A stretch of DNA of 64,000 bases from Takakia lepidozioides (taxonomy: Eukaryota > Plantae > Bryophyta), in assembly GCA_030704615.1 (NCBI GenBank), contig CM060731.1, positions 50,530,001-50,594,000 of the forward strand, written 5' to 3'. The position numbers and the translations under genes were made by a program. This document shows positions 11,958 through 24,123 of the stretch, one piece after another. The notes below the pieces were generated by a model, which made no database searches, had not been told where the DNA came from, and worked only from the letters and a program-made list of their open reading frames with translations. Positions within the stretch are counted from its first letter, which is position 1. Each line of letters starts with the position of its first letter.

Positions 11958-14900
11958 GGCGCAGCTGAGCGGGCAGAGATTGAAACACGACGTGCTAAGA
12001 CCAAGCTGACTCTCCCAAGAACCTTGTAAACATCAGAAACAATAACACATCATGGTACTAACAGGAGCCAAGAGCCCATATTTGCAGGATGGACAAACAA
12101 CTTCACATTATACCTTCAGAAAAAGCCACATCTTGTGATTGCGGTTGTCCCACCATCGAGAAGGATCTTTATAAAACTCATGCTTGTTCTGCTCCATGCT
12201 ACAAATTCAGGGCTGAGTCTGATGAGAGGGCAAATGTTCAGGCTGAAATAGGTCGAAGAAGAAGGTGCCCTCACCACATTGTCCTCGACCTTGTGTCATG
12301 ACCTATGGAGGATTTTGACTAACCATTAACCAAGAGGACCTCTTGTGTGTGTGTTGCTTGTGTCTGTAGTCAGGTAATGTTGGATTGGTCTGTGAGAACC
12401 ACCATGGTGCAGCTGAGCGGGCAGAGATTGAAACACGGCCTACTAAGACCAAGCTGACTCTCCCAAGAACCTTGTAAGCATCAGAAAGAATACCACATCA
12501 TGGTACTAACAGGAGACCAAGAGCCCACATTTGCATCCTTGATGCTCCCCCCTTTGGCATACATGTCCACCAGGGTACTGTAGCAGTGTGACCTTCTTCA
12601 TCGTCCTCTAATGGATCAAATTTGCCTGTCTCCAACAATAGTCGTACATTGTAAACGCAAACAAATGTGATGCGGTCGGGCTTCACCCCTTCCAGCATCA
12701 TTTGCTCATAGGTCTCCAAAGCATTCGTACCACACCCATGCTTGGTAAATCTTGCCAACATTATATTCCACGTGATCAAAGATCGTTGAGGCATCCTGTT
12801 GAACAGTTGGTGAGCATCAACGATGCTCCTGCACTTAACATACATGTTGGCAAGGGTGTTGTGTAGAAAAACATTTGGCTTGAATCCACTTTGGATAATG
12901 TGAGCATGCACCTGCTTTCCAGCTTGCAGGTCTTTCATTTTGATGCACGTATGCAAGAGACTGACATAAGTATCTGAATTTGCTAAATGCCCCCTTGGTT
13001 TAAAGTTTGTAGAGCCTCTTTTAGTCGCCATGCCTCACATAGCATCCTCACATGCCCAAAACTACCAGAAGAGGCATTGTGGACTCCCTCTCTTGGTCCT
13101 CTTTTGGAAACTATGGTCATGGTCAAGGCGCCTGATTTAATCAACTGTGCCGCCGCTGATTCCAGTTGACAATCTACCCATGTCGGTTTCTTGTAGCTAT
13201 CCATCCACAGGGAATCACAAGTAATTTTGAAATCGAGCCCTCTTGGATGAATCTGGACCCACACTCCAATCCCTGCTCCTTCTATCCCTGCCTCTCCACA
13301 AATCATATATATATTCTCGCCTTGCTACTAGCAGCTGACAATGACAGCCTACAATCATTCAGCAAACACCTCAACCCTACTCAAGACACACTAGTTCCTA
13401 TGCTGAATTACTCCCTAAACTTTCCAAATGTGCTGGGGAGACAATTCCAATAAAGCTAAATGTGATGCATCTTGTTGTCTGCTTTGTCTCTGTAATTGAA
13501 CAGGCATTCACCTTTTTACCTTGATCGTCCCACCATTGACTGAGGTCCAAAAAATATTCCTTCCAAAGCTTCTCCTCATCGCTGCTATCTGTTTTAGACC
13601 CTACGAGCTAACTTGCAGAATTTGACATGAAATTAGGGACGACTCTGATAAGAGGGTAAAAGAGCCTGGAATGTGCCCTCACCACGTTGTCCTTGACCTT
13701 GTGTCATGAAAGCAGCTAGCTTGTCTCTCACCCCTACAGGATTAATCTGCTGATCAACCCAAAAGGACCTCGTGTGTGTGCAGCTTGTGTCGGTAGTCAG
13801 GTGATCTCGGATTGGTCGATTGGTCTGTGAGGAGCCACCACGGTGCAACTGAGCTGCCATAGATTCAAGCACAGCTTCCTAAGACCAATCTGACCCTCCC
13901 CAAGTACCTTGTAAACACCAGGAAAAATACCAAATCATATTACTAATAGGAAGAGCCCACATTTTGCAGGATGGATAAAACTTGTTCACATCATACATTA
14001 TAAAAGCCCCACCTTGCAATTGCAATTCTCCCACAGATGTGAGGGATCTTTAAAAACCTCATGCCAGCTCTGCTCCATGCTCCACAGTAGACCTTTGTGC
14101 CCGAAAATCCAATAGCATCAACATTTTGACAAGTTCATTTATGAAGAAGTGCTAGTGAGCTTTCAAACAATTCAATGTGGGTTCCATTGGACTCTACGCA
14201 ATGAGGAACATACGGACATGTCCAAACTTACACCAGCTCGTCTATAGTCTAGAGATTTTGGAGTGGTCTGTGAAAACGACCAGGGAGCAGCTGAGCAGCC
14301 ACAGTCTCGACCCTCCATAGTACCTTGAAAACTTCAGGGATGCCCTGCTCAGGAAGAACAACCTACGATACGGACAGTAAAAGCAGTTTTTGCACAACAA
14401 AGCGAGATTCTAACTATTAGGGGTACAATCAAGACAATCATAATAGATTTCCCTCAGACTCCTTCTTATCCTACATGAAGAAAGCTTCCATTGTAAAAGC
14501 TACTGTCCCACCAGTGTGAAGGATCTTTAAAGAACTTATGCCAGCGCTGTTCCATGCTCCAACATTGATCTAAATGCCACATATAACTATTTAGATCGGC
14601 CTTGTCTAACAATCCCGTGCGCTTTCTTCCTTCTTTGCCCAGAGTACATTCGTTTATGCTAAATTGCGCAAAAGAGCATGGATCCGATATTGGCGCATAC
14701 ATTCAACACAACGACCCCAGAAAAGAAACCCGCCAAGTGTTTTATCATATTACCTGATTTGAATGGCATCCCTGAAGGCGCCATAGCCAACATGTGCAAG
14801 AGACCCGTCCTCAAGGACCTCCTGTGTGCGCTGCTTGTGTATGTAGCCAGGTAATGTCGGAGTGGTCTGTGAGAACCACCACTATGCAGCTGAGCAGGCA

Positions 14901-15005
14901 GAGATTGAAACGTGCAGCCTGCTAAGACCAAGCTGACTCTCCTAAGAACCTTGTAAACATCAAGAAGAATACCAAATCATGGTACTGCAGGAGCCAAGAG
15001 CCCAC
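11940..15005 (-). pseudogene. Mosaic of repeated fragments of PDF-motif/PPR genes
   Basis: Most complete unit is 12530-13310: IHPRGLDFK..WVDCQL..LCEAWRLKEAL..TYVSLLHTCIKMKDLQAGKQVHAHIIQSGFKPNVFLHNTLANMYVKC..ITWNIML..GVKPDRITF. PDF first half occurs as HEFYKDPSRWWDNRNHK (~12130-12200), at ~14010-14080 and as WHKFFKDPSHWWD (~14500-14560). A ~140-bp module recurs at 11940, 12390, 13825 and 14865. Confidence 0.82.
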
Positions 15006-15458
15006 ATTTACGGTTGCGGTGCAGGTTGCGGTTCGCCCATTCTCCATCCCATGACACAACATCTCTTTGGGCTCTATACTAAGAAAACGCACAGGAGACA
15101 ATAAAGCCAAGATGAGGCTAAGTCCCAGCCCTCTAATGGGCAACCCTATAAACAACTTTTTGAATTTTTTAACCTTTTGGTACCAAGCTAGCACTAGAAG
15201 TCATTCCGGCAACTATTTGGTGGTGAGCTCGCGCTGGTCAACCATCGTTGACCAACCCTCCGTCAAGTGCGGAGTCACGTAGTCATTCAAATGTCTAACC
15301 ATGTAGTCCCTTGGATGACTACGTGACTACATAGTCATTTGAACGACTGCGTAAAGCACAATTTGGTCTAAAAATATAGGGAAGTCATGGTCATAGTCAG
15401 GAAAACCATGACTACCGCGGGTTGGCAGTCATATATACCGCGATATGTTGTAGTGCCA

Positions 15459-17628
15459 CCAAGTCCGAGACGAAACAATGGAAGGTATACATTTATGAAA
15501 TGAAAATCTACTATTCAGATTCATTATATGTTAAAGTAAACTTTTGTTGTCGGAGTGACACCTAATTTTTCCGTGGAATCCTGTGCAGGAGTTCATGTTT
15601 GCCTATCATTTGATACTTGAAATGGGTAGCATTAAGGAGGCAATGGTTCTGGTACTTTGCGACGACAACGTTTGGAAGATTTGGAAAGATGTGTTCAAAC
15701 GCTGGGAGCAGGGAAAGCTTCTCAACCCGCTTGGGATACAATACAAGGGTGAACAGCAACAGCTCACGAAATCTACTATCGCAAAGCTGCAAGGATTGAA
15801 CAGATGGCAGCTGATAAAAATTGCGCAAAAAATCCTAGACTTGAAATTGACCATTCGAGATTACAAAGGACAAGACAAATCAATTCAATGCATGAACATG
15901 TACATAGACGACATGAAAATGCGCCGGTTTATTGTTGATGATGTTATGGAAGTGTTGGGGTGGCCTCGGAGGAGCAAACAGTGCACGGAACCATACACTA
16001 AGGACGAGTGGCATGAAGTGAAGAAAAAGTACCACTTCAATAAGGCAGAGTTCTCCACATTTAAAGACAAACTAGGGATGGATTACATTCAAAGCAAGAT
16101 TAAGATGAACATGGAGACAAAATCACTCACGGCCGCTGTTAAGTACGTCTCCTCCATCAAGAAAGCTTATGAGGATAGGGAGGATGCCATGGCGATTATT
16201 TCAGCGAGTTTCAAGTCTCATTACGCTCTCAGGGGGGGGGAACCAAAATTCGCCGATGCCAAGTCCCGTCTGCGACTCGCACCGAAGAAACGGTTTGACA
16301 ACATAGCGATGGTGTTCGTCAATACAATTTCTGAAGATGACTCTATGGTATTTGAGGCCAAGGACTATGTGAACATACTGGAAGCTTTTGTGGCTTGAAA
16401 AATGAACATGAGTGTTTTTGTTCTCTTCTCGACTGAACCGTCCTCGGCCAATCTGGTCTCGTACATCCAAAATGGTCCCGGAAGAACATTGTATCTTGTC
16501 CGGCAGGGATTTTATGTTCCGGGGGAATATGAAAACGTTTATAAAAATAGTACGAAGACTTTCTCTGGGACTGTCCTGTGCCTGGATTACGTTTTTCCAG
16601 CGACACCTGAGGAGATGCAGAATCCGGACGAGCACATCGCGACAGTGCTCTTAATCGAGCCAATTCAGCCGATTCTTGAAGGGCCTTCTGGGAAGCCATC
16701 AACTTTTGAAGAAGACTGCAGGACTTATAATCATGAGCTACGAGGTGACACATACGACTATTTGGCCTCCCTGTTTTGTCGAGATGGGATGTCCGCTGTC
16801 AACATCTTCGGAAGCGTGATGTTGACGTACGCCCTTCATGTAAATGTAAAAGTTGTTTGCATCTTAAATACGTTTTTTACATTTTTATTCGAACATATCC
16901 TCTGTTTTACTGACTGGCTAATATCTGCAGGCAAGAAACATTCAAATACTTGACATCAACCACTCAACCAAAAAAAAATTTGCAAAGGAAAAGTTGAAGC
17001 GAATTTTAAGAAGCTTCAAATTGAGAATGACAATGTTGTTGAAGAGGTTGACGGCGGAGACGATGATGAGGATGAGGAAGTGAAGGATGAAGATTTGGAA
17101 GAAGGAGGAGGACATTCCAAACACAAGGAGGAGGGCGAGGGCATCGAGGGTAACGAGGTCAACGAGGGTCACGATGGAAACAATGCAGACCCTTGGGTGG
17201 CTGGACACCTTGATGTGATTCAGGACTTCAGAACTCAGTCACTGGATGGACTTGAAAACACCACGCAAGACGTTACGGTCCACAAGGTCGTGATTCTGGA
17301 CGGGGATTCGTCGAGTTCAAGCGAGAGAACTGCGAGTAATCCTCCTTCACCCTCAAGGGGTGGCGGGGCCAGCTCAATCGAGGTGGGAGACAATCTAGTT
17401 CGGAGTACAGAAGACTGGTTCAAACCTGTAGAAGGGGACGAGCCGGCGCCAATGTCCTCGTCTCCCGCCAAAGACAGGGTAGAGAGAGCGAAAACAAAGA
17501 GCCCTTGTCCCACAAAAGACAACGGACACAGAGCGAGGACTAAGAGCCCGTCTCCCGCAAAAGACAGTGGAGATAGAGCCAGAACTAAAAACCCGTCTCC
17601 CGGAAAAGACAGGGGAGGCAGAGGCTGA
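15459..17628 (+). pseudogene. 3' part of ParB-like/degenerate methyltransferase gene (copy 1)
   Basis: Exons with GT-AG introns. ORFs 15583-16398 and 16402-16953 are homologous to 27040-28290 (FIVDDVMEVLGWPRRS; LFCRDGMSAVNIFG). Acidic region and a 45-bp SP-rich repeat tail. Internal stop at 16396. Confidence 0.75.
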
Positions 17629-17649
17629 GGTAAGAGTACAAATGCAAAT

Positions 17650-18200
17650 GCACTAGAATTGGAAAATCAAATTCTGAACAAACAACAGAACAGTGGGATC
17701 CACGTGCCTACCGAGATAATCAGGTTCATTTTGTTGTGGGATCCAAACACGAGGATCAAAATATCTTCCATACCAGGCCCAGCACGCATGGTCTCGACCA
17801 ATAGGCTTATGAGAACACTTTGCCCGATACTCGCTAATGTAATCAACGATTGTTGAAGCTCTAGCCATCTCCGATATATATGGCCAGACTGCCTTTGTCA
17901 TATCCCTTTGATGACTCATCATCTACAAGAAGTATTTGCCCATGCGTAGCAAACGGTCTACCAGGGTACTTGGCAAGAACACCGCGAATATCCTTCACGA
18001 GATATTTCATCCCGGGCCTGATAAACCGGTGGTATCCTTGCAATCCTCAGCAAACCATATGAAGCAAAACTTCTTCGCTATTTTTGTGGGGACGAATCTC
18101 TCCACCATCCTACAAAAGAACACCTCTATCAGCGCATGACCAAATGGCCACGTGAAAATGCTTCAATGCAAGGTCCAGAAACTCTAAGACTTCAGGCTGA
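17650..18200 (-). pseudogene. FCP1/SCP-like (NIF, HAD) phosphatase remnant
   Basis: RQPEVLEFLDLALKHFHVAIWS..YLVKDIRGVLAKYP..ILLVDDESSK, with stops. Confidence 0.65.
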
Positions 18201-18337
18201 CGCAAGCTTGATTGGCAGATCCACATATGACAATGTTGCATGAAAAAAGACAGGGATTGACATGCGGAATTCAACATTGCGTCAACGCAAGGTTGTTTCC
18301 ATGAAGAGAAGAAATGAAAAATATTGCTAGAAAACAA

Positions 18338-18375
18338 CACTACAAGAGATGAGCGTTTTTAGGACTATAGCTTAT
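18338..18375 (+). mobile_element. Left end of the second CACTA family
   Basis: CACTACAAGAGATGAGCGTTTTTAGGAC preceded by CAA. Inverted complement of the end at 10573. Confidence 0.78.
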
Positions 18376-18379
18376 CCGA

Positions 18380-19220
18380 CATTACCTGACTACAGACACA
18401 AGCAGCACACACATTTAGAGGTCCTTTGGGTCAGGACACGAGGTCAAGGACAATGTGGTGAGAGCACCTTCTTCTTCAACCTATTTCAGCTTGTGTTGCC
18501 CTCTCATCAGACTCGGCCGCAAGATGCATATTGAATTCTGTAAGTTAGGTCGTTGGGTAGATCTGTGGTGGTTTGGAGTGACTTTGGCAAGTTACTGCCA
18601 GTCTTGCAGCAGGGAAGTATCCAAAAACATATAATAGAGGTGAGGAGAAGCTTTGGGATGAACACTTTCCGACCCCAATCAATGGTGGGACAATGGGGAC
18701 AATGGAGACAAAAAGCTGAATGCCTGTTGGATTACAGAGAGAAGTAGATGCATTTCAGATTGTGATAAGTAGGGTTGGGGTGTTTTGGGGAAGAACTCCA
18801 CACCAGTATGGTTGGGGTGTTTGTTGGTAGAATTCTAGGCTGTCAGAGGCATGAAGGAGCAGGGATAGAGTGTGGGTTCAGATTCATCCAAGAGGGCTGG
18901 ATTCCAAGCTCCACATTACCTATGATTCCCTGTGGAAGGATAGCTACAAGAAACCTACATGGGTAGATGGTCAACTGGAAGCGGCAGCAGCAGCGGCACA
19001 ATTGATAAAGTCAGGCACTTCTACTGAAGGCACCTCCTTCAACACATTTCACCCTGTTTTTCCCTCTTATCAGAATCGGCCCTAAATTTCCATGTTGAAT
19101 TCTGCAAGTTAGCTGGTTGAGTGAATCTAGTTTGGAGTGAGTTTGACATGATACTGCCAATGTGACAACAGGAAAGTATGTAATAGAGATGAGGAGAAGT
19201 TGTGGAATGGATACTTTTGT
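18380..19220 (+). pseudogene. Further PDF-motif/PPR-gene fragments
   Basis: IHPRGLDSKLHITYDSLWKDSYKKPTWVDGQLEAAAA. Modules are shared with 9000-9640 and, inverted, with 12250-13630. Confidence 0.75.
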
Positions 19221-20248
19221 GACATGAATGTTATACCTGGCAAACAAGGCCTTGGCTTCATCCACAATTGCAATGGATCCTACTAGTTGATTGAGGAAGA
19301 GGTGAACCACTTATCAGTAGATAAATCTAGGAAATGCATAAATGCCTATATGACCCGATGCACATTTAAACCTAGCACGCAAGGACTGACATTCATCCTC
19401 CTTTGATCTCAGGAAAAATTTATGTAAGATAGACCACTCTTCTGACAACAATCTGTTCACTTAAACAAGATGTTACCCTCCCCATCATGAAGTATCATGT
19501 CATTTCATTTCATTTCTTTCTGGTGTCCCTTGGGCCCCCTTGTCCTTCCGTGAATGTAATTTCTTTTCCTTCCTTCCATTTTGTCCCATAAGCACTTTGA
19601 CCTTTCCGCGGACATTATAACGTACCATTTCATTTCATTTCATTTCATTCTTTCTTCCCTCTCAGTTTCTCTTGTTGTTCTGCTGTGGTTCATAGGCTCT
19701 CTTCAGGGTTCGGATGGATGCACCTTTCTGAAACTTAGAAATCAGCTACTTATTTCTATTTTCTTCTTCCCTCTCTTCCCTTGCTCAGGCAGTCTGATTG
19801 GCAGTGTAATCACAAGTTACATCTCGGTCAGAGTGGGGCAGGAATCAATTTTCTAGCATGATGTCTATTTTAACCCTTTAAGTACACTAACGTCCTTGTA
19901 ATGGATTGTCATTAGCTTTGCACAAAATCCCCAAAACTCCTCGTCCCAAAAGCTCTTTGAGATTTCCGTGGACGTTATAGAGTACTATCTGATTTCTCCC
20001 TTCCTCCCGTGGATGTAAGATTCTTTCTTTCCCTTTTTATAACTCCAAATGTCTCCTTCTATAACACTTTTCAGCTATCATCTTCCCTAGTATACCGAGT
20101 TTCACCTTGTTTGAATTTGAGAGATTCAGATTTGAATTAACTTTCTTATGTTTTTCTTTCCATTTTGTCCCATAAGCTCTATGAGCTTTCCGCGGACGTT
20201 ATAAAGCACCATTTCATTTCATTTCATTTCCCTGCGTTGATCATATAG

Positions 20249-20683
20249 GTAGTAGCTGACAAGGTGCCAAATTTGCTGGACTTCCACAAAGACCTGCCAC
20301 ACTTGGAAGCTGCAACTAAGGTGGTCTCCTTCCACCCAACTTCTTACCCATGTGTAGTTTGACAAACATTCCCCAAATTTTCAAATATCTTTCAAGCTAT
20401 GTTTGTGTTTCTGGTGCTTCTGACCTCTCCATCTCTAGTCTATCAACAAGGTTGCGAACGGGAGAAGTGAATGATAGATAGGCATTGTGAGTAATGTACA
20501 TAGCCATGCCTGCATTGGGGAAAGTAGATCAAACCTAACCGGTGAGTGTTAGTTAGTTTGTTGCAGATCTAGCTGAAGCTGTTAACTGAAGATATGCAAG
20601 CTGTAAGCAATGGCTTGGAGAAGGTGAAGCAGGAACTCGCTGTCTGTGAGAATGACGGACCTATCTCTGCTGATTTTTGCAAG
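20249..20683 (+). pseudogene. Class II formin FH2 fragment (two exons with intervening intron)
   Basis: Exon 20249-20320 VVADKVPNLLDFHKDLPHLEAATK and exon 20567-20683 I*LKLLTEDMQAVSNGLEKVKQELAVCENDGPISADFCK, with canonical AG/GT borders and a nonsense codon. The rest of the gene is absent. Confidence 0.85.
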
Positions 20684-21089
20684 GTTGAACAGGACATACC
20701 TCTCTGCTTAGCTATTGAAGAGAAAGTTATTGAGCTCACATTGAATGGAATGTTAGGAATTTGATGTGCATGCTGCTGTCCACTAAAGTTATGGGTCTCT
20801 ATCATCCATAGTTCTGGATGAGATAATAGCAGTAATTTGTTGTACTTCGACTCAGTCTTTCTGGCTTGATGGGGTTCTACTAAGCACCAACTAGCACCTC
20901 TGGGTATTTCTCCCTGGTAGTTCAATACTATGGTTGAAAGAACCTAGTTTTAGATGAGAGAGGGTGATGCTCACTCGTGTCTCCTCTTCATGTAGATAGT
21001 CACTTCTCTGAGCCATAATATTCTTTTGATCTTGGCCTTGAAGCACGTGATTTCAACACCAAGTATAACCTTGTGATGCTGCTTTTGTA

Positions 21090-21590
21090 CAAACCTGGCA
21101 ACCCTGGAAAAGGGCGAAGAGGTGCATGGTGACTGGAATTGTACCAAATGTCATTCTGAACACAACCCTGGCAGCTCTAGAAAAGGGCTTGCAAAGAGGT
21201 CCATGGTGACATCGTCAGGGCTGGAATTGTACCAAATGTCATTTTGAACAATACCCTGGTGGGCATGTATTCAAAATGTGGGTGCATCGAGGAGTGTTCG
21301 ACACTATGGCTGAACAAGATGTGGTGTCGTGGAGTGCGATGATTGCATGATATGCACAGCAAGGGCGCGGGATGGAGGCTTTGGAGACCTATGAGCAAAT
21401 GATGTGCGAAGGGGTGAAGCCCAACCACATCACGTTTGTGGAACTAGTGTGATAAGGTGATAAGGTGAGTTGGGTGTTTCCTAGAACAAATTTACGCTGT
21501 TATTTGTCAGCTGCTAGCAGCACGGCAAGGATGTATGCATGATTTGTGCAGAGGCGTGGATAGCATGGAAGCAGCTGCAGTGTCACATTA
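21090..21590 (+). pseudogene. PLS PPR fragments
   Basis: KEVHGDIVRAGIVPNVILNNTLVGMYSKCGCIE..DVVSWSAMI..EALETYEQMMCEGVKPNHITFV, with frameshifts. Confidence 0.8.
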
Positions 21591-21639
21591 TCCAAAGTGG
21601 ATTCATGCCAAATGTTTTTCTACTCAGCACCCATGTCAA

Positions 21640-21790
21640 ACATGTATGTTAAGTGCAGGAGCATCATGCATGCATGCTCACGAATTCTCACATCCGCAAT
21701 GAGGGATCGCAGAGCATCATAAGCGCCGCTGGCAGCAGCCAGATGCAACGGTGTCCGTCCTAGGCCATCGCGTCCGCAAATGTGTCTTCT
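21640..21790 (-). pseudogene. Single ankyrin-repeat fragment
   Basis: RDGLGRTPLHLAAASGAYDALRSLI. Confidence 0.6.
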
Positions 21791-24123
21791 GATAGCTCGG
21801 GACTCTCGAGATCCAACCACAAAAGTGGATCCAAATCTCTTCCTTTTCCCTGCCGGACATTTTTATTTTTTGATCCAAATCAGCGCATTTGAGAACGGCC
21901 CAAAAAAAAATAACAGTGATACAGTATTAGGTCTGCGATATACCAGTTGTGAGAATGAACGTCCACAGGGTCCGAAAGCTGTTTCGCAGGGATCGATTAA
22001 TGATGGTGGGAATGATTGTTGAACTTACCAAAGATATGAAAGACGCGAAGCAGAACCTTTCCAAACTGCTGAAAGACCGTCGGAAACAGATTGTCAAATT
22101 CTTTCCAAACGGAACCTTTCCTTGAACTCCGTCCTCGTCACAAATGTTGTAATATATACACGCCACCGCCCTAGCCACTGTGGATGAGCGAAAGATGGGT
22201 CAGAGTGTAACGCAAACCAGAGAAGCTGTGATAGCAATATGCAGCTTCAAGGCAGCTTCTCTGTGCTATAGAAAGAACACCCAAAGCAAAGAGTATTACT
22301 CGTCGACCACTAATAAACCCTGGGCAGCAGAGCACGTCGAGCAGGAGCACTTCCTACTCTCAACATCAGGCACATGTCACTGTTGTGGAAGAGTGGGCCG
22401 AGGAGAGATAGAATGCAATTAGTGTGACACTTGCAGACACCTCAGGATTGTAATCAGCGTACAGGATCACGACTACCAATCAGCGTACAGTATCTGTAAT
22501 GCCTGGCATGAAAACACCTTCTGGACATGGGGTTGGGGGAAGGAGGCGTAACTAGAGACTTCACTTTTTTAGCAATTCAGAAGGAGATCAGTTACCTAGT
22601 ATTGCCTTGAATTCCCCCACTGATTCAGCTCCATCATGACCAGGGAGAAGAATGTAGGAGTCCTCAATTCGACGGGAAACCCGGCACGACTCTTCAAGAG
22701 ATGTCCAGATGGTCTCCGGTATCTTCGTACAGTCTCTTCCCTGAACTCTTTGCTGGCCAATAATGTGGTCACAAACACGCCAGCGCCCTCGCGATTGTGG
22801 TAGTGATAGAAGCGCACCACAGAAGTGATCGCAATGTGCTTCAAGACAACTTCTCTTTACTGCACAAAGAACAACCAAAGCATCACGAGTAATACTCGTC
22901 GGACCTTTCCTCAAATTCTTAACAGAACAATTTGGCGAGGCGCACTCACTGCTCTCAACATCACCAAGGCAAACCGCAGGCTCTTGTGGAAGGTTGGGTT
23001 TCGGAGTAGGGAATATATAGAATGCGCGCATGAGTGTGACTCTGGTACACTGCACCAGCCGGGACGAAGATGGCCGGACTTCGATTTCCTTGCGCAGCAA
23101 CACTAAAATGGAGTAAACTAAAATAGTATCATGGACCTTTGACTTGTGGCAGTGGTGGGTTTCTCGTGTGCCAACATTCAAGACAGCACGAATCACTACA
23201 GCAAGACGCTTGTGTGGATTTGATGAGGCACCGATGATGAAGTCTGCTGCATCTTGAAGTCTGTAATGTACCGACAGTATTGCTTGCTTTTGTGACATTG
23301 GAACGGGTTGTAGTCAATTACAGTGTTGTACTGGTATCAGTTTTTGGTCCTGGTACCAGACAAATCGCAAAACTTTCATACCAATCTGGCCTATATAATA
23401 ATAGATGTATCTTTTTCCCAGATACTGGTATGAGTATGAGTATCCTGACCACAATACCAGCTGGTATGAGATATCAATTCTGGTATAATTCCAAAGCCAT
23501 CTTTGAATAACAAGTTTATCAAATAGCAAGTATAAAGTGAAAACGAATACAATACAATAAAGGAACAAATATACATAAGTACAAATATGTAGGCCTGTCT
23601 TGTCTGATGCGGAGCATCTCTTTTCAATTCATGTGGTTCCAAAGCTGTTTCAATTAGTTTGAATTGATTAAAGCTGTTAGTTGTGATTGTCCAACCAGTC
23701 ACCACTTCATCCTGTAAACTCAGAGTGGCTGGTTCCTCTAGGATTTCCATTAGGTGTTTCAATGCATTGCTGCTTCTCTGCTGGTGGTTTGTATGGTGGT
23801 TGGTATGGGTGGTTTGTGGTCCTGGTTTACTGGTGCTGCTGGATTATTAGGGTTATGGATTAGGGTTATGGCGGGTTAGGATCATGGTTTTTAGCGATTG
23901 TTTTTCCGAATTTCCGATATTTGATAACGGGTTTTTCTTCGGGGCTAGGCAACTCTAGTAGACTAGTCTCCGTAGACCACTAGACCTCTACTAGACCTCC
24001 ATAAACTTCGATAGGACAAACCACACGAACCTCGCCTGCCCAGTGGAGGTTCTTGCGTGTTACTATGCCAAGGCACAACATAAGGATGTATTGAGATAGA
24101 CTTATGTAGGTTCCTCCCCTGCG

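Larger units (their letters stand above)
4853..15455. mobile_element. Non-autonomous CACTA (En/Spm) element packed with gene fragments (Pack-CACTA-like)
   Basis: 30-bp TIRs: CACTACAACAGAACGCGGTATATATGACTG, and the right end reverse-complements to CACTACAACATATCGCGGTATATATGACTG (2 mismatches). 3-bp TSD CCA at 4850-4852 and 15456-15458. ATGACT/AGTCAT subterminal repeats. Excision restores codons D-H-T-T-K-S-E. No transposase seen inside. Confidence 0.92.
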
